The position numbers and the translations under genes are program-made. Of a stretch of DNA of 32,000 nucleotides, positions 24,450 through 32,000 are shown one piece after another (the first letter of the stretch is position 1; every line of letters starts with the position of its first letter). This stretch comes from Mycolicibacterium smegmatis (GTDB lineage Bacteria; Actinomycetota; Actinomycetes; Mycobacteriales; Mycobacteriaceae): NCBI RefSeq assembly GCF_001457595.1, contig NZ_LN831039.1, positions 3,030,001 through 3,062,000 of the forward strand, read 5' to 3'. The notes beneath the pieces are model-generated. The model had not been told where the DNA came from. It saw nothing but the letters and a program-made list of their open reading frames with translations, and searched no databases.

Positions 24450-24877
24450 ACGTCAAGGAGAAGCTGTCGGAGTACCGGGATCAGTGGGTGCACCAACGTG
24501 AGCGTCTGCGCAAGCGCCCGCTGGCCAACTTCGTCTACCGGAGCGTCATCGGCGTCGTCGGCACTGTGGTGCTGGCCGTCGGCGTCGTCGCGATCCCGTA
24601 CCCGGGCCCGGGCTGGGCGATCGTGTTCCTGGGATTGGCGATCCTGGCCACCGAGTTCCGGTTCGCCGAGGTCGCGCTGCGTTTCATCCGGCGGCGCTAC
24701 GACGAGGTGATGGCGTGGTTCGCGCGGCAGCACATCGCGGTCAAGGCGCTGAGCGCGGGGTTCACCGCGGCCGTCGTCCTCGCCACACTGTGGGGGCTCG
24801 GCGCGCTGTACTGGGCCGGTGGCCTGGTCGGATTCGAACCCGCGTGGCTCAAGAGCCCCATCGGCATCGGCTCGTAG
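24446..24877 (+). CDS. Small membrane protein with PGPGW motif (TIGR02611-like)
   Basis: 143 aa with the diagnostic IPYPGPGWAIVFLGLAILATEF and 3-4 TM segments. ATG overlaps the thioesterase stop (ATGA at 24446-24449). Confidence 0.8.
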   Translation: MNVKEKLSEYRDQWVHQRERLRKRPLANFVYRSVIGVVGTVVLAVGVVAIPYPGPGWAIVFLGLAILATEFRFAEVALRFIRRRYDEVMAWFARQHIAVKALSAGFTAAVVLATLWGLGALYWAGGLVGFEPAWLKSPIGIGS

Positions 24878-24961
24878 ACGTCGCGCCCCGGCAAGCACCC
24901 GGCAGCAGGACCGATAGCATAGTCGCGTTCGCCCTAGTCCCTGCCCATAGGAGAAGCCCCG

Positions 24962-27016
24962 ATGACCGCCGTCGCCAGTTCCGCCCCCGCAGCCCCTATC
25001 CGGGTGCCTGCCGGGACCACCGCGGGCGCGGCGGTTCGTGAAGCCGACCTGCCCGGCCGTGGCGCACCCGATGCGATCGTGGTGGTCCGCGACGCCGAGG
25101 GCCGGCTGCGGGACCTGTCGTGGACCCCGGACACCGACGTCGAGGTGACCCCGGTCGCCGCCGACACCGAAGAGGGCCGCAGCGTGATCCGCCACTCGTG
25201 CGCCCACGTGCTCGCGCAGGCCGTGCAGGAGCTGTTCCCGCAGGCGAAGCTGGGCATCGGCCCGCCGATCACCGACGGTTTCTACTACGACTTCGACGTC
25301 GAGGAGCCGTTCACGCCCGAGGATCTGGAGCGCCTGGAGAAGCGCATGCGCCAGATCATCAAGGACGGGCAGCTGTTCTCGCGGCGCGTGTACGAGTCCA
25401 AGGACGCCGCGCGCGAGGAACTCGCCAACGAGCCCTACAAACTCGAACTCGTCGACGACAAGTCGGGTGACCCCGACGTCATGGAGGTCGGCGGAGACGA
25501 GCTGACGGCCTACGACAACCTCAACGCCCGCACCAAGGAGCGGGTGTGGGGCGACCTGTGCCGTGGCCCGCACATCCCGACCACCAGGTACATCCCGGCG
25601 TTCAAGCTGACCCGCAGCAGCGCCGCGTACTGGCGCGGCGACCAGAACAACGCGAGCCTGCAGCGCATCTACGGCACCGCGTGGGAGTCGCAGGAGGCGC
25701 TCGACCGTCACCTCGAGCTCATCGAGGAGGCGCAGCGCCGCGACCACCGCAAGCTGGGCGTGGAGCTCGACCTGTTCAGCTTCCCCGACGAATTGGGTTC
25801 TGGCCTACCGGTTTTCCACCCCCGCGGTGGTGTGGTGCGACGCGAGCTCGAGGACTACTCGCGGCGTAAGCACCTGGAGGCGGGCTACGAGTTCGTCAAC
25901 ACCCCGCACATCACCAAGGAACAGCTCTACGTCACCTCGGGCCACCTGGAGTGGTACGCCGACGGCATGTTCCCCGCGATGCACATCGACGCCGAGTACG
26001 ACGCCGACGGGCAGGTGCGAAAGCCGGGACAGAACTACTACCTCAAGCCCATGAACTGCCCCATGCACCACCTGATCTTCCGGTCGCGTGGGCGTTCGTA
26101 CCGCGAATTGCCGTTGCGGCTCTTCGAATTCGGCTCGGTGTACCGCTACGAGAAGTCCGGCGTGGTGCACGGGCTGACCCGCGTGCGCGGCATGACCCAG
26201 GACGACGCGCACATCTACACCACGCGTGAGCAGATGCGTGACGAGCTCACGCGGCTGCTGGAGTTCGTGCTGAGCCTGCTCAAGGACTACGGCCTCGACG
26301 ACTACTACCTGGAGCTGTCCACCAAGGACCCCGAGAAGTACGTGGGCTCCGACGAGATCTGGGAGGAGGCCACCGAGACGTTGCGCGAGGTGGCCGAGGC
26401 CTCGGCTCTGGACCTGGTGCCCGACCCGGGCGGTGCGGCGTTCTACGGGCCGAAGATCTCGGTGCAGGTCAAGGATGCACTGGGCCGCAGCTGGCAGATG
26501 TCGACCATCCAGCTCGACTTCAACATGCCTGACCGCTTCGAGCTCGAGTACACCGCCGCTGACGGCAGCCGCCGGCGCCCCGTGCTGATCCACCGCGCCC
26601 TGTTCGGCTCGATCGAGCGGTTCTTCGGTGTTCTCACCGAGCACTACGCGGGCGCGTTCCCGGCGTGGCTCGCGCCCGTGCAGGTGGTGGGTATTCCGGT
26701 GGCCGACGCACACACCCCGTACCTGGAAGAGGTTGCCGCGCAACTGAAGTCGCGTGGGGTCCGGGTGGAGGTGGACTCCAGTGACGACCGGATGGCGAAG
26801 AAGATCGTCAACCACACCAACATGAAGGTGCCGTTCATGCTGCTCGCGGGCGACAAGGACGCCGAGGCCGGCGCCGTCTCATTCCGCTTCGGTGACCGCA
26901 CCCAGATCAACGGTGTGCCGCGCGACGAGGCCGTCGAGATGATCGTGAAATGGATCGCCGACCGCGTCAACGAGGTGCCGACCGCCGAGACGGTGAAGGC
27001 GGGCGCCGCGAAGTGA
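24962..27016 (+). CDS. thrS: Threonine--tRNA ligase
   Basis: 684 aa. It has a TGS-like N-terminus, the editing-domain motif [11 protein letters not shown], the class II core ([25 protein letters not shown]) and a C-terminal anticodon-binding domain. AGGAGAAG lies 5 nt upstream of the ATG. Confidence 0.97.
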   Translation: MTAVASSAPAAPIRVPAGTTAGAAVREADLPGRGAPDAIVVVRDAEGRLRDLSWTPDTDVEVTPVAADTEEGRSVIRHSCAHVLAQAVQELFPQAKLGIGPPITDGFYYDFDVEEPFTPEDLERLEKRMRQIIKDGQLFSRRVYESKDAAREELANEPYKLELVDDKSGDPDVMEVGGDELTAYDNLNARTKERVWGDLCRGPHIPTTRYIPAFKLTRSSAAYWRGDQNNASLQRIYGTAWESQEALDRHLELIEEAQRRDHRKLGVELDLFSFPDELGSGLPVFHPRGGVVRRELEDYSRRKHLEAGYEFVNTPHITKEQLYVTSGHLEWYADGMFPAMHIDAEYDADGQVRKPGQNYYLKPMNCPMHHLIFRSRGRSYRELPLRLFEFGSVYRYEKSGVVHGLTRVRGMTQDDAHIYTTREQMRDELTRLLEFVLSLLKDYGLDDYYLELSTKDPEKYVGSDEIWEEATETLREVAEASALDLVPDPGGAAFYGPKISVQVKDALGRSWQMSTIQLDFNMPDRFELEYTAADGSRRRPVLIHRALFGSIERFFGVLTEHYAGAFPAWLAPVQVVGIPVADAHTPYLEEVAAQLKSRGVRVEVDSSDDRMAKKIVNHTNMKVPFMLLAGDKDAEAGAVSFRFGDRTQINGVPRDEAVEMIVKWIADRVNEVPTAETVKAGAAK

Positions 27017-27642
27017 CAGGGGATGTGACCGATCCTGACGAGCGGCAGATCGTGGACCGCGGCGTGGGTGAACCCGATCACCTGCAGCGGTTGTGGACGC
27101 CGCACCGGATGAGCTACATCGCCGAGGCGCCTATGAAGAAGCGCGGCGAAGGCGGCTCGGCGGGTTCGGCGGAACCTTTCACCGACATCCCCGAGATGCC
27201 CGACGAGGAAGGCCTCATGGTGGCGCGCGGCAAGCGCGTCTACGCCGTGCTGAACCTGTACCCGTACAACCCGGGCCACCTCATGGTGGTGCCCTACCGG
27301 CGGGTGTCGGAGCTCGAGGACCTCACCGAGGACGAGAGCTCCGAGCTGATGGCGTTCACGCAGAAGGCGATCCGCGTGATCAAGGCGGTATCGCGCCCGC
27401 ACGGCTTCAACGTGGGGCTCAATCTCGGCTCGTCGGCGGGCGGCTCGCTGGCCGAGCACCTGCACATGCACGTGGTGCCCCGCTGGGGTGGCGATGCCAA
27501 CTTCATCACGATCATCGGCGGCTCCAAGGTCATCCCGCAGCTGCTGAAAGAGACCAGGCAACTCCTGGCCACCGAGTGGGTCCGGCAGGACCGGCTCGCG
27601 GCCGGTACCGACGGAAAAGACGGAAAAGCGCCCACATCGTGA
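27013..27642 (+). CDS. HIT-family protein, Rv2613c-type diadenosine tetraphosphate (Ap4A) phosphorylase
   Basis: GTG 27013 overlaps the thrS stop (GTGA); an alternative GTG lies at 27025. The histidine triad is [13 protein letters not shown]. Long stretches match what I recall of Rv2613c ([34 protein letters not shown]). Confidence 0.88.
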   Translation: MTGDVTDPDERQIVDRGVGEPDHLQRLWTPHRMSYIAEAPMKKRGEGGSAGSAEPFTDIPEMPDEEGLMVARGKRVYAVLNLYPYNPGHLMVVPYRRVSELEDLTEDESSELMAFTQKAIRVIKAVSRPHGFNVGLNLGSSAGGSLAEHLHMHVVPRWGGDANFITIIGGSKVIPQLLKETRQLLATEWVRQDRLAAGTDGKDGKAPTS

Positions 27643-28307
27643 GCAATGTGTACCTGATGACCCGCGCGGCCTACGTGAAGCTTTCGAGGCCGGTGGCCAA
27701 GGCGGCCCTGCGGGCCGGCCTGACACCCGACATCGTGACGCTCGCAGGCACCGCGGCGGCGGTCATCGGGGCGCTGACACTCTTCCCGATCGGGCAGTTG
27801 TGGTGGGGCGCGGTGGTCGTCTCGTTCTTCGTGCTCGCCGACATGCTCGACGGGGCCATGGCCCGCGAGCAAGGCGGGGGCACGCGCTTCGGCGCTGTGC
27901 TCGACGCCACGTGCGACCGACTCGGTGACGGCGCGGTCTTCGCGGGCCTGACGTGGTGGGCCGCGTTCGGCCTCGACAGCCCGTCGCTCGTCGTCGCGAC
28001 GTTGATCTGCCTGGTCACCTCACAGGTGATCTCCTACATCAAGGCGCGCGCCGAGGCCAGCGGATTGCGCGGCGACGGCGGCATCATCGAGCGGCCCGAA
28101 CGGCTGGTGATCGTCCTGATCGGCGCCGGCCTGTCCGATCTGCCGTTCTTCCCGCTGCCGTGGACGCTGCACGTCGCGATGTGGGTGCTCGCGGTCGCCA
28201 GCGTGGTTACGCTGCTGCAACGCGTGCACGCCGTGCGCACGTCACCGGGTGCGATGGAACCGCTGCACCCGGCCAACGGCGAGAAACCGGAGACGAGCGA
28301 ACCGTGA
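27639..28307 (+). CDS. pgsA1: Phosphatidylinositol phosphate synthase (CDP-alcohol phosphatidyltransferase)
   Basis: GTG 27639 overlaps the HIT stop (GTGA); an alternative ATG lies at 27657. The CDP-alcohol motif is DMLDGAMAREQGGGTRFGAVLDATCD. The protein is multi-TM. Synteny matches Rv2612c. Confidence 0.9.
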   Translation: MSNVYLMTRAAYVKLSRPVAKAALRAGLTPDIVTLAGTAAAVIGALTLFPIGQLWWGAVVVSFFVLADMLDGAMAREQGGGTRFGAVLDATCDRLGDGAVFAGLTWWAAFGLDSPSLVVATLICLVTSQVISYIKARAEASGLRGDGGIIERPERLVIVLIGAGLSDLPFFPLPWTLHVAMWVLAVASVVTLLQRVHAVRTSPGAMEPLHPANGEKPETSEP

Positions 28308-29218
28308 CACTTTCCGGCCGCATCCCGCTCGGCGGGCAGGTGACGGACTTGGGGTATGCGGCCGGCTGGCGGCTGGTGCGCGCCATGCCGGAAGCAATGG
28401 CGCAGGGCGTGTTCGGCGCAGGCGCGCGCTACGCGGCCCGCAACGGCGGGCCCGAACAGCTGCGCCGCAACCTGGCCCGCGTCGTCGGTAAACCGCCCGC
28501 GGACGTCCCCGACGACCTGATCCGTGCGTCGCTCGCGTCGTACGCGCGCTACTGGCGCGAGGCGTTCCGGCTGCCCGCGATGGACCACGGCCGGCTCGGC
28601 GAGCAGCTCGACGTCATCGACATCGACCACCTGTGGTCGGCGCTGGACGCCGGGCGCGGGGCCGTGCTGGCGCTGCCGCACAGCGGGAACTGGGACATGG
28701 CCGGGGTGTGGCTGGTGCAGAACTACGGCCCGTTCACCACGGTCGCCGAACGCCTCAAACCCGAATCGCTGTACCGCCGCTTCGTCGAGTACCGCGAGAG
28801 CCTGGGCTTCGAGGTGCTGCCGCTGACCGGGGGAGAGCGCCCGCCGTTCGAGGTGCTCGCCGAACGCCTGACCGACCACCGGCCGATCTGCCTGATGGCC
28901 GAGCGCGACCTCACCCGCAGCGGCGTGCAGGTCGACTTCTTCGGCGAGGCCACCCGGATGCCCGCGGGGCCCGCGAAGCTCGCCATCGAGACCGGTGCGG
29001 CCCTGTTCCCCGTGCACTGCTGGTTCGAGGGCGACGGCTGGGGCATGCGCGTCTATCCCGAACTCGACACCTCGTCGGGCGACGTCACGGCGATCACGCA
29101 GGCGCTCGCCGACCGGTTCGCCGCCAACATCGCAACCTATCCCGCCGACTGGCACATGCTGCAGCCGCAGTGGATCGCCGATCTGTCCGACGAGCGCCGC
29201 GCACGGTTGGGAACCTGA
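28304..29218 (+). CDS. patA: Phosphatidylinositol mannoside acyltransferase
   Basis: GTG 28304 overlaps the pgsA1 stop (GTGA) and gives a 304-aa protein. It carries the LPLAT-type HX4D motif (LPHSGNWDM). Length and sequence agree with PatA (Rv2611c / M. smegmatis orthologue) as I recall it. Confidence 0.9.
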   Translation: MTLSGRIPLGGQVTDLGYAAGWRLVRAMPEAMAQGVFGAGARYAARNGGPEQLRRNLARVVGKPPADVPDDLIRASLASYARYWREAFRLPAMDHGRLGEQLDVIDIDHLWSALDAGRGAVLALPHSGNWDMAGVWLVQNYGPFTTVAERLKPESLYRRFVEYRESLGFEVLPLTGGERPPFEVLAERLTDHRPICLMAERDLTRSGVQVDFFGEATRMPAGPAKLAIETGAALFPVHCWFEGDGWGMRVYPELDTSSGDVTAITQALADRFAANIATYPADWHMLQPQWIADLSDERRARLGT

Positions 29219-29219
29219 C

Positions 29220-30380
29220 ATGCGTATCGGGATGGTCTGCCCCTATTCGTTCGACGTGCCGGGTGGCGTGCAATCCCACGTGCTCCAGCTCGCCGAGGTG
29301 CTGCGCGACGCCGGGCACGAGGTGAGCGTGCTCGCGCCTGCCTCGCCGCACGTGAAGTTGCCGGACTACGTGGTGTCCGGGGGCAAGGCCGTGCCGATCC
29401 CGTACAACGGCTCGGTGGCGCGGCTGCGGTTCGGGCCGGCCACGCACCGCAAGGTCAAGAAGTGGATCGCCGAGGGCGACTTCGACGTGCTGCACATCCA
29501 CGAGCCGAACGCGCCGAGCCTGTCGATGCTCGCACTGCAGGCCGCAGAAGGGCCCATCGTCGCGACGTTCCACACGTCGACCACGAAGTCGTTGACGCTC
29601 AGCGTCTTTCAGGGCATCCTGCGGCCCTATCACGAGAAGATCATCGGCCGCATCGCGGTGTCGGACCTCGCGCGCCGCTGGCAGATGGAGGCGCTCGGTT
29701 CCGACGCCGTGGAGATCCCCAACGGTGTCGACGTCGCATCGTTTGCCGACGCGCCGCTTCTCGACGGGTACCCGCGTGAGGGACGCACCGTGTTGTTCCT
29801 GGGCCGGTACGACGAACCGCGCAAGGGCATGGCGGTGTTGCTCGCCGCGCTGCCCAAACTCGTCGCGCGATTCCCCGACGTCGAGATCCTCATCGTCGGA
29901 CGCGGCGACGAGGACGAGTTGCGCGAACAGGCCGGCGACCTTGCGGGACATCTGCGCTTCCTGGGCCAGGTCGACGACGCCACCAAGGCCTCGGCGATGC
30001 GCAGCGCCGACGTGTACTGCGCGCCGCACCTGGGCGGGGAGAGCTTCGGCATCGTGCTCGTGGAGGCGATGGCGGCCGGGACCGCGGTGGTGGCCAGCGA
30101 CCTGGACGCATTCCGGCGCGTGCTTGCCGACGGCGACGCCGGGCGTCTGGTGCCCGTCGACGACGCCGAGGGCATGGCCGCCGCGCTCATCGAGATACTC
30201 GAGGACGACCAGCTGCGCGCGGGCTATGTCGCGCGGGCGTCCGAGCGGGTCCACCGCTACGACTGGTCGGTGGTGTCCGCCCAGATCATGCGGGTGTACG
30301 AGACGGTGTCAGGGGCGGGGATCAAGGTGCAGGTCAGTGGCGCGGCGAACCGTGACGAGACGGCCGGAGAATCGGTCTGA
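29220..30380 (+). CDS. pimA: GDP-mannose-dependent alpha-(1-2)-phosphatidylinositol mannosyltransferase (GT4)
   Basis: ATG 29220 lies 1 nt after the patA stop. The 386-aa protein begins MRIGMVCPYSFDVPGGVQSHV and carries the GT-B EX7E motif (GESFGIVLVEAMAAG). It matches my recollection of M. smegmatis PimA. Confidence 0.95.
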   Translation: MRIGMVCPYSFDVPGGVQSHVLQLAEVLRDAGHEVSVLAPASPHVKLPDYVVSGGKAVPIPYNGSVARLRFGPATHRKVKKWIAEGDFDVLHIHEPNAPSLSMLALQAAEGPIVATFHTSTTKSLTLSVFQGILRPYHEKIIGRIAVSDLARRWQMEALGSDAVEIPNGVDVASFADAPLLDGYPREGRTVLFLGRYDEPRKGMAVLLAALPKLVARFPDVEILIVGRGDEDELREQAGDLAGHLRFLGQVDDATKASAMRSADVYCAPHLGGESFGIVLVEAMAAGTAVVASDLDAFRRVLADGDAGRLVPVDDAEGMAAALIEILEDDQLRAGYVARASERVHRYDWSVVSAQIMRVYETVSGAGIKVQVSGAANRDETAGESV

Positions 30381-31435
30381 TGAGCCTGTGGATCGTCATC
30401 ACCCTCGTCCTTGTTCTGGTCGTGGCCCTGGCGCTGCTGGGCGGGTGGGCATACCGGACCGCCAACCGGCTCGACCGGCTACACGTGCGGTACGACCTGT
30501 CGTGGCAGGCCCTCGACGGTGCACTGGCGCGCCGTGCGGTGGTGGCGCGGGCCGTCGCGGCCGACGCCTACGGGGTCGGCCCGCAGGGCAAGCGGCTGGC
30601 CGAACTGGCCGACGTGGCCGAGCATGCGCCGCGGTCGGCGCGTGAGGCCGCCGAGAACGAGCTCTCGGCCGCGCTGGCCGCGGTCGACCTCTCGGCGCTG
30701 CCGGTGGCGCTGGTCGCCGAGCTCGCCGACGCCGAGGCGCGCGTGCTGCTGGCCCGGCGGTTCCACAACGACGCCGTGCGCGACACCCTTGCGCTCCGCG
30801 AACGTCCCGCCGTGCGCATGCTGAAACTGGGTGGAAGGGCCGCGCTGCCAACGTATTTCGAGATCGCCGAGCGACCCGAGGCGCAGAGCGATGTGGGCTC
30901 GCTGAGCCGTCGCACGTCTGCGCGCGTGGTGCTGCTCGACGAGACCGGGGCCGTGTTGCTGCTGCGCGGCAGCGATCCCGCACGCGAGGATCCCGACGTG
31001 CCCGCACCCCGGTGGTGGTTCACGGTGGGCGGCGCGGTGCAGAAAGGCGAGGACCTCGCCGAGACCGCGGCGCGCGAACTGTTCGAGGAGACCGGCCTGC
31101 GGATCGAGCCGTCGGCACTCGTCGGCCCCGTTTGGCGACGTGAGGAGATCATCGACTTCAACGCGTCGGTGGTGCGCAGCGAGGAGTTCTTCTTCGTCCA
31201 CCGCACGCAACGGTTCGAGCCTTCTGCGGTCGGGCGCACGGCCCTGGAGCGGCGCTACATTCACGGTCACCGGTGGTGCAATGCGACAATGATCGCCGAG
31301 TTGGTCGCCGGCGGCGAGGCCGTCTACCCGGTACAGCTCGGGGAGCGACTGGCCGAGGCCAACGACCTGGCCTCCGGGGACGCCCGGGTGCCAGCGCGGG
31401 AGAGCTCGCTCGGCGAGCTGCCCGCCATCCGCTGA
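30380..31435 (+). CDS. Membrane-anchored LemA-like domain fused to a Nudix hydrolase (Rv2609c-type)
   Basis: The ATG shares one base with the pimA stop (TGATG). It has an N-terminal TM helix and a LemA-like region (YRTANRLDRLHVRYDLSWQALDGALARR ... ARRFHNDAVRDT). A Nudix box GGAVQKGEDLAETAARELFEETG lies at 31028-31096. Confidence 0.85.
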   Translation: MSLWIVITLVLVLVVALALLGGWAYRTANRLDRLHVRYDLSWQALDGALARRAVVARAVAADAYGVGPQGKRLAELADVAEHAPRSAREAAENELSAALAAVDLSALPVALVAELADAEARVLLARRFHNDAVRDTLALRERPAVRMLKLGGRAALPTYFEIAERPEAQSDVGSLSRRTSARVVLLDETGAVLLLRGSDPAREDPDVPAPRWWFTVGGAVQKGEDLAETAARELFEETGLRIEPSALVGPVWRREEIIDFNASVVRSEEFFFVHRTQRFEPSAVGRTALERRYIHGHRWCNATMIAELVAGGEAVYPVQLGERLAEANDLASGDARVPARESSLGELPAIR

Positions 31436-31450
31436 GAGACCGATCTCTAC

Positions 31451-31505
31451 GGATTTAATAGTTTTGAGAGCTCGATTACACTGATTCAGTAGCAATTCAG
31501 AGGAG
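31451..31505 (+). promoter_or_regulatory. AT-rich island upstream of pdxS with phased ATTACA/ATTCAG/ATTCAG repeats; probable promoter region
   Basis: 18 G/C in the 50 nt 31451-31500, inside a genome that is otherwise strongly GC-rich. ATTACA lies at 31475, and ATTCAG at 31484 and 31495 (11-bp period). TACACT (31477-31482) fits TANNNT. Confidence 0.35.
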
Positions 31506-32000
31506 ATGGCAGTGGAAACCGCGGCGCAAAACGGTTCGAGCAACCAGACCGGGACCGCGCGCGTGAAGCGCGGGATGGCCGAGATGCTCAAGGGCGGCGT
31601 GATCATGGACGTGGTCACCCCTGAGCAGGCGCGTATCGCCGAGGCCGCCGGTGCGGTCGCGGTGATGGCGCTGGAGCGCGTCCCCGCCGACATCCGCGCG
31701 CAGGGCGGGGTGTCGCGCATGAGCGATCCCGACATGATCGAGGGCATCATCGACGCCGTCACGATCCCGGTGATGGCCAAGGCCCGCATCGGACACTTCG
31801 TGGAGGCCCAGATCCTGCAGAGCCTCGGTGTGGACTACGTCGACGAGTCCGAGGTGCTCACGCCCGCCGACTACACCAACCACATCGACAAGTGGAAGTT
31901 CACCGTGCCGTTCGTGTGCGGTGCGACCAACCTGGGCGAGGCGCTGCGCCGCATCACCGAGGGTGCGGCGATGATCCGCTCCAAGGGCGAGGCCGGCACC
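31506..32000 (+). CDS. pdxS: Pyridoxal 5'-phosphate synthase subunit PdxS (5' part, runs off the window)
   Basis: It is absent from the ORF track because no stop lies within the window. Translation gives [46 protein letters not shown]...[23 protein letters not shown]...KGEAGT. The start is ATG 31506, or GTG 31512 (GGAG 31502-31505 lies 6 nt upstream of the GTG). Confidence 0.93.
   Translation, partial: MAVETAAQNGSSNQTGTARVKRGMAEMLKGGVIMDVVTPEQARIAEAAGAVAVMALERVPADIRAQGGVSRMSDPDMIEGIIDAVTIPVMAKARIGHFVEAQILQSLGVDYVDESEVLTPADYTNHIDKWKFTVPFVCGATNLGEALRRITEGAAMIRSKGEAGT

Noticed and set aside
24878-24961. Possible T-box or other leader regulating thrS
   Set aside because: Only 84 nt are available, which is far too short for a T-box. 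I see no specifier/antiterminator arrangement or tRNA-anticodon-arm mimic. The region contains just a TANNNT hexamer (TAGCAT, 24915-24920) and an SD.
24287-25747. 486-aa minus-strand ORF antisense to the PGPGW gene and thrS; also 25805..26815 and 26644..27726
   Set aside because: They lie opposite an unambiguous ThrRS coding sequence and have no domain signatures. They are shadow ORFs.
1-32000. Search for CRISPR arrays, IS/transposase or integrase genes, tRNA/rRNA genes, toxin-antitoxin pairs and known defence genes
   Set aside because: I saw no regularly spaced direct repeats, no transposase-, integrase- or nuclease-like ORFs, and no tRNA-like cloverleaf candidates in the short intergenic gaps. 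Apart from small promoter-size AT-rich patches, composition looks uniform by eye, arguing against a recently acquired island.

Overview
This is a high-GC actinobacterial chromosome segment. Several proteins I recognise point to a fast-growing mycobacterium, most likely Mycolicibacterium smegmatis or a very close relative. They are PimA (386 aa), PatA (304 aa), PgsA1, an Rv2613c-like HIT protein, an Rv2609c-like Nudix protein, ThrRS and PdxS. The window is densely coding: I call 32 protein genes. I see no rRNA, tRNA, CRISPR array, IS element or prophage signature.

Gene order, left to right:
1. An LLM/F420-type oxidoreductase.
2. A sugar-acid catabolic locus: manD-kdgK-uxuB-like on the minus strand, then a divergent FadR-type GntR regulator, two tandem MHS transporters and an IdnD-like Zn-dehydrogenase.
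3. An Asp-nucleophile alpha/beta hydrolase.
4. An OmpR/HK two-component pair preceded by a secreted protein.
5. A run of NAD(P)H/flavin oxidoreductases: KPR-like, two SDRs, an AKR and an NfsA-like nitroreductase.
6. An OpuC/ProU-type compatible-solute ABC transporter.
7. Two membrane proteins of unknown function and a PaaI thioesterase.
8. The conserved thrS-HIT-pgsA1-patA-pimA-Nudix block for early phosphatidylinositol-mannoside synthesis.
9. The 5' part of pdxS.

Many ORF-track entries are over-extended at the N-terminus or are antisense shadow ORFs. I re-set starts using homolog N-termini, SD-like sequences and the very frequent GTGA/ATGA stop-start overlaps.

I did not find a convincing new multi-gene system such as a defence island. 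The most checkable leads are:
- a 39-bp promoter/operator module shared by the two sugar-acid operons;
- the inferred L-gulonate/L-idonate-type route through an enolase-superfamily ManD;
- two strong tandem hairpins in an unusually long 407-bp intergenic region;
- repeat elements in front of the response-regulator gene and pdxS;
- several atypical enzyme architectures: a Zn-ADH without the structural-zinc lobe, an SDR without YxxxK, and a LemA-Nudix fusion.
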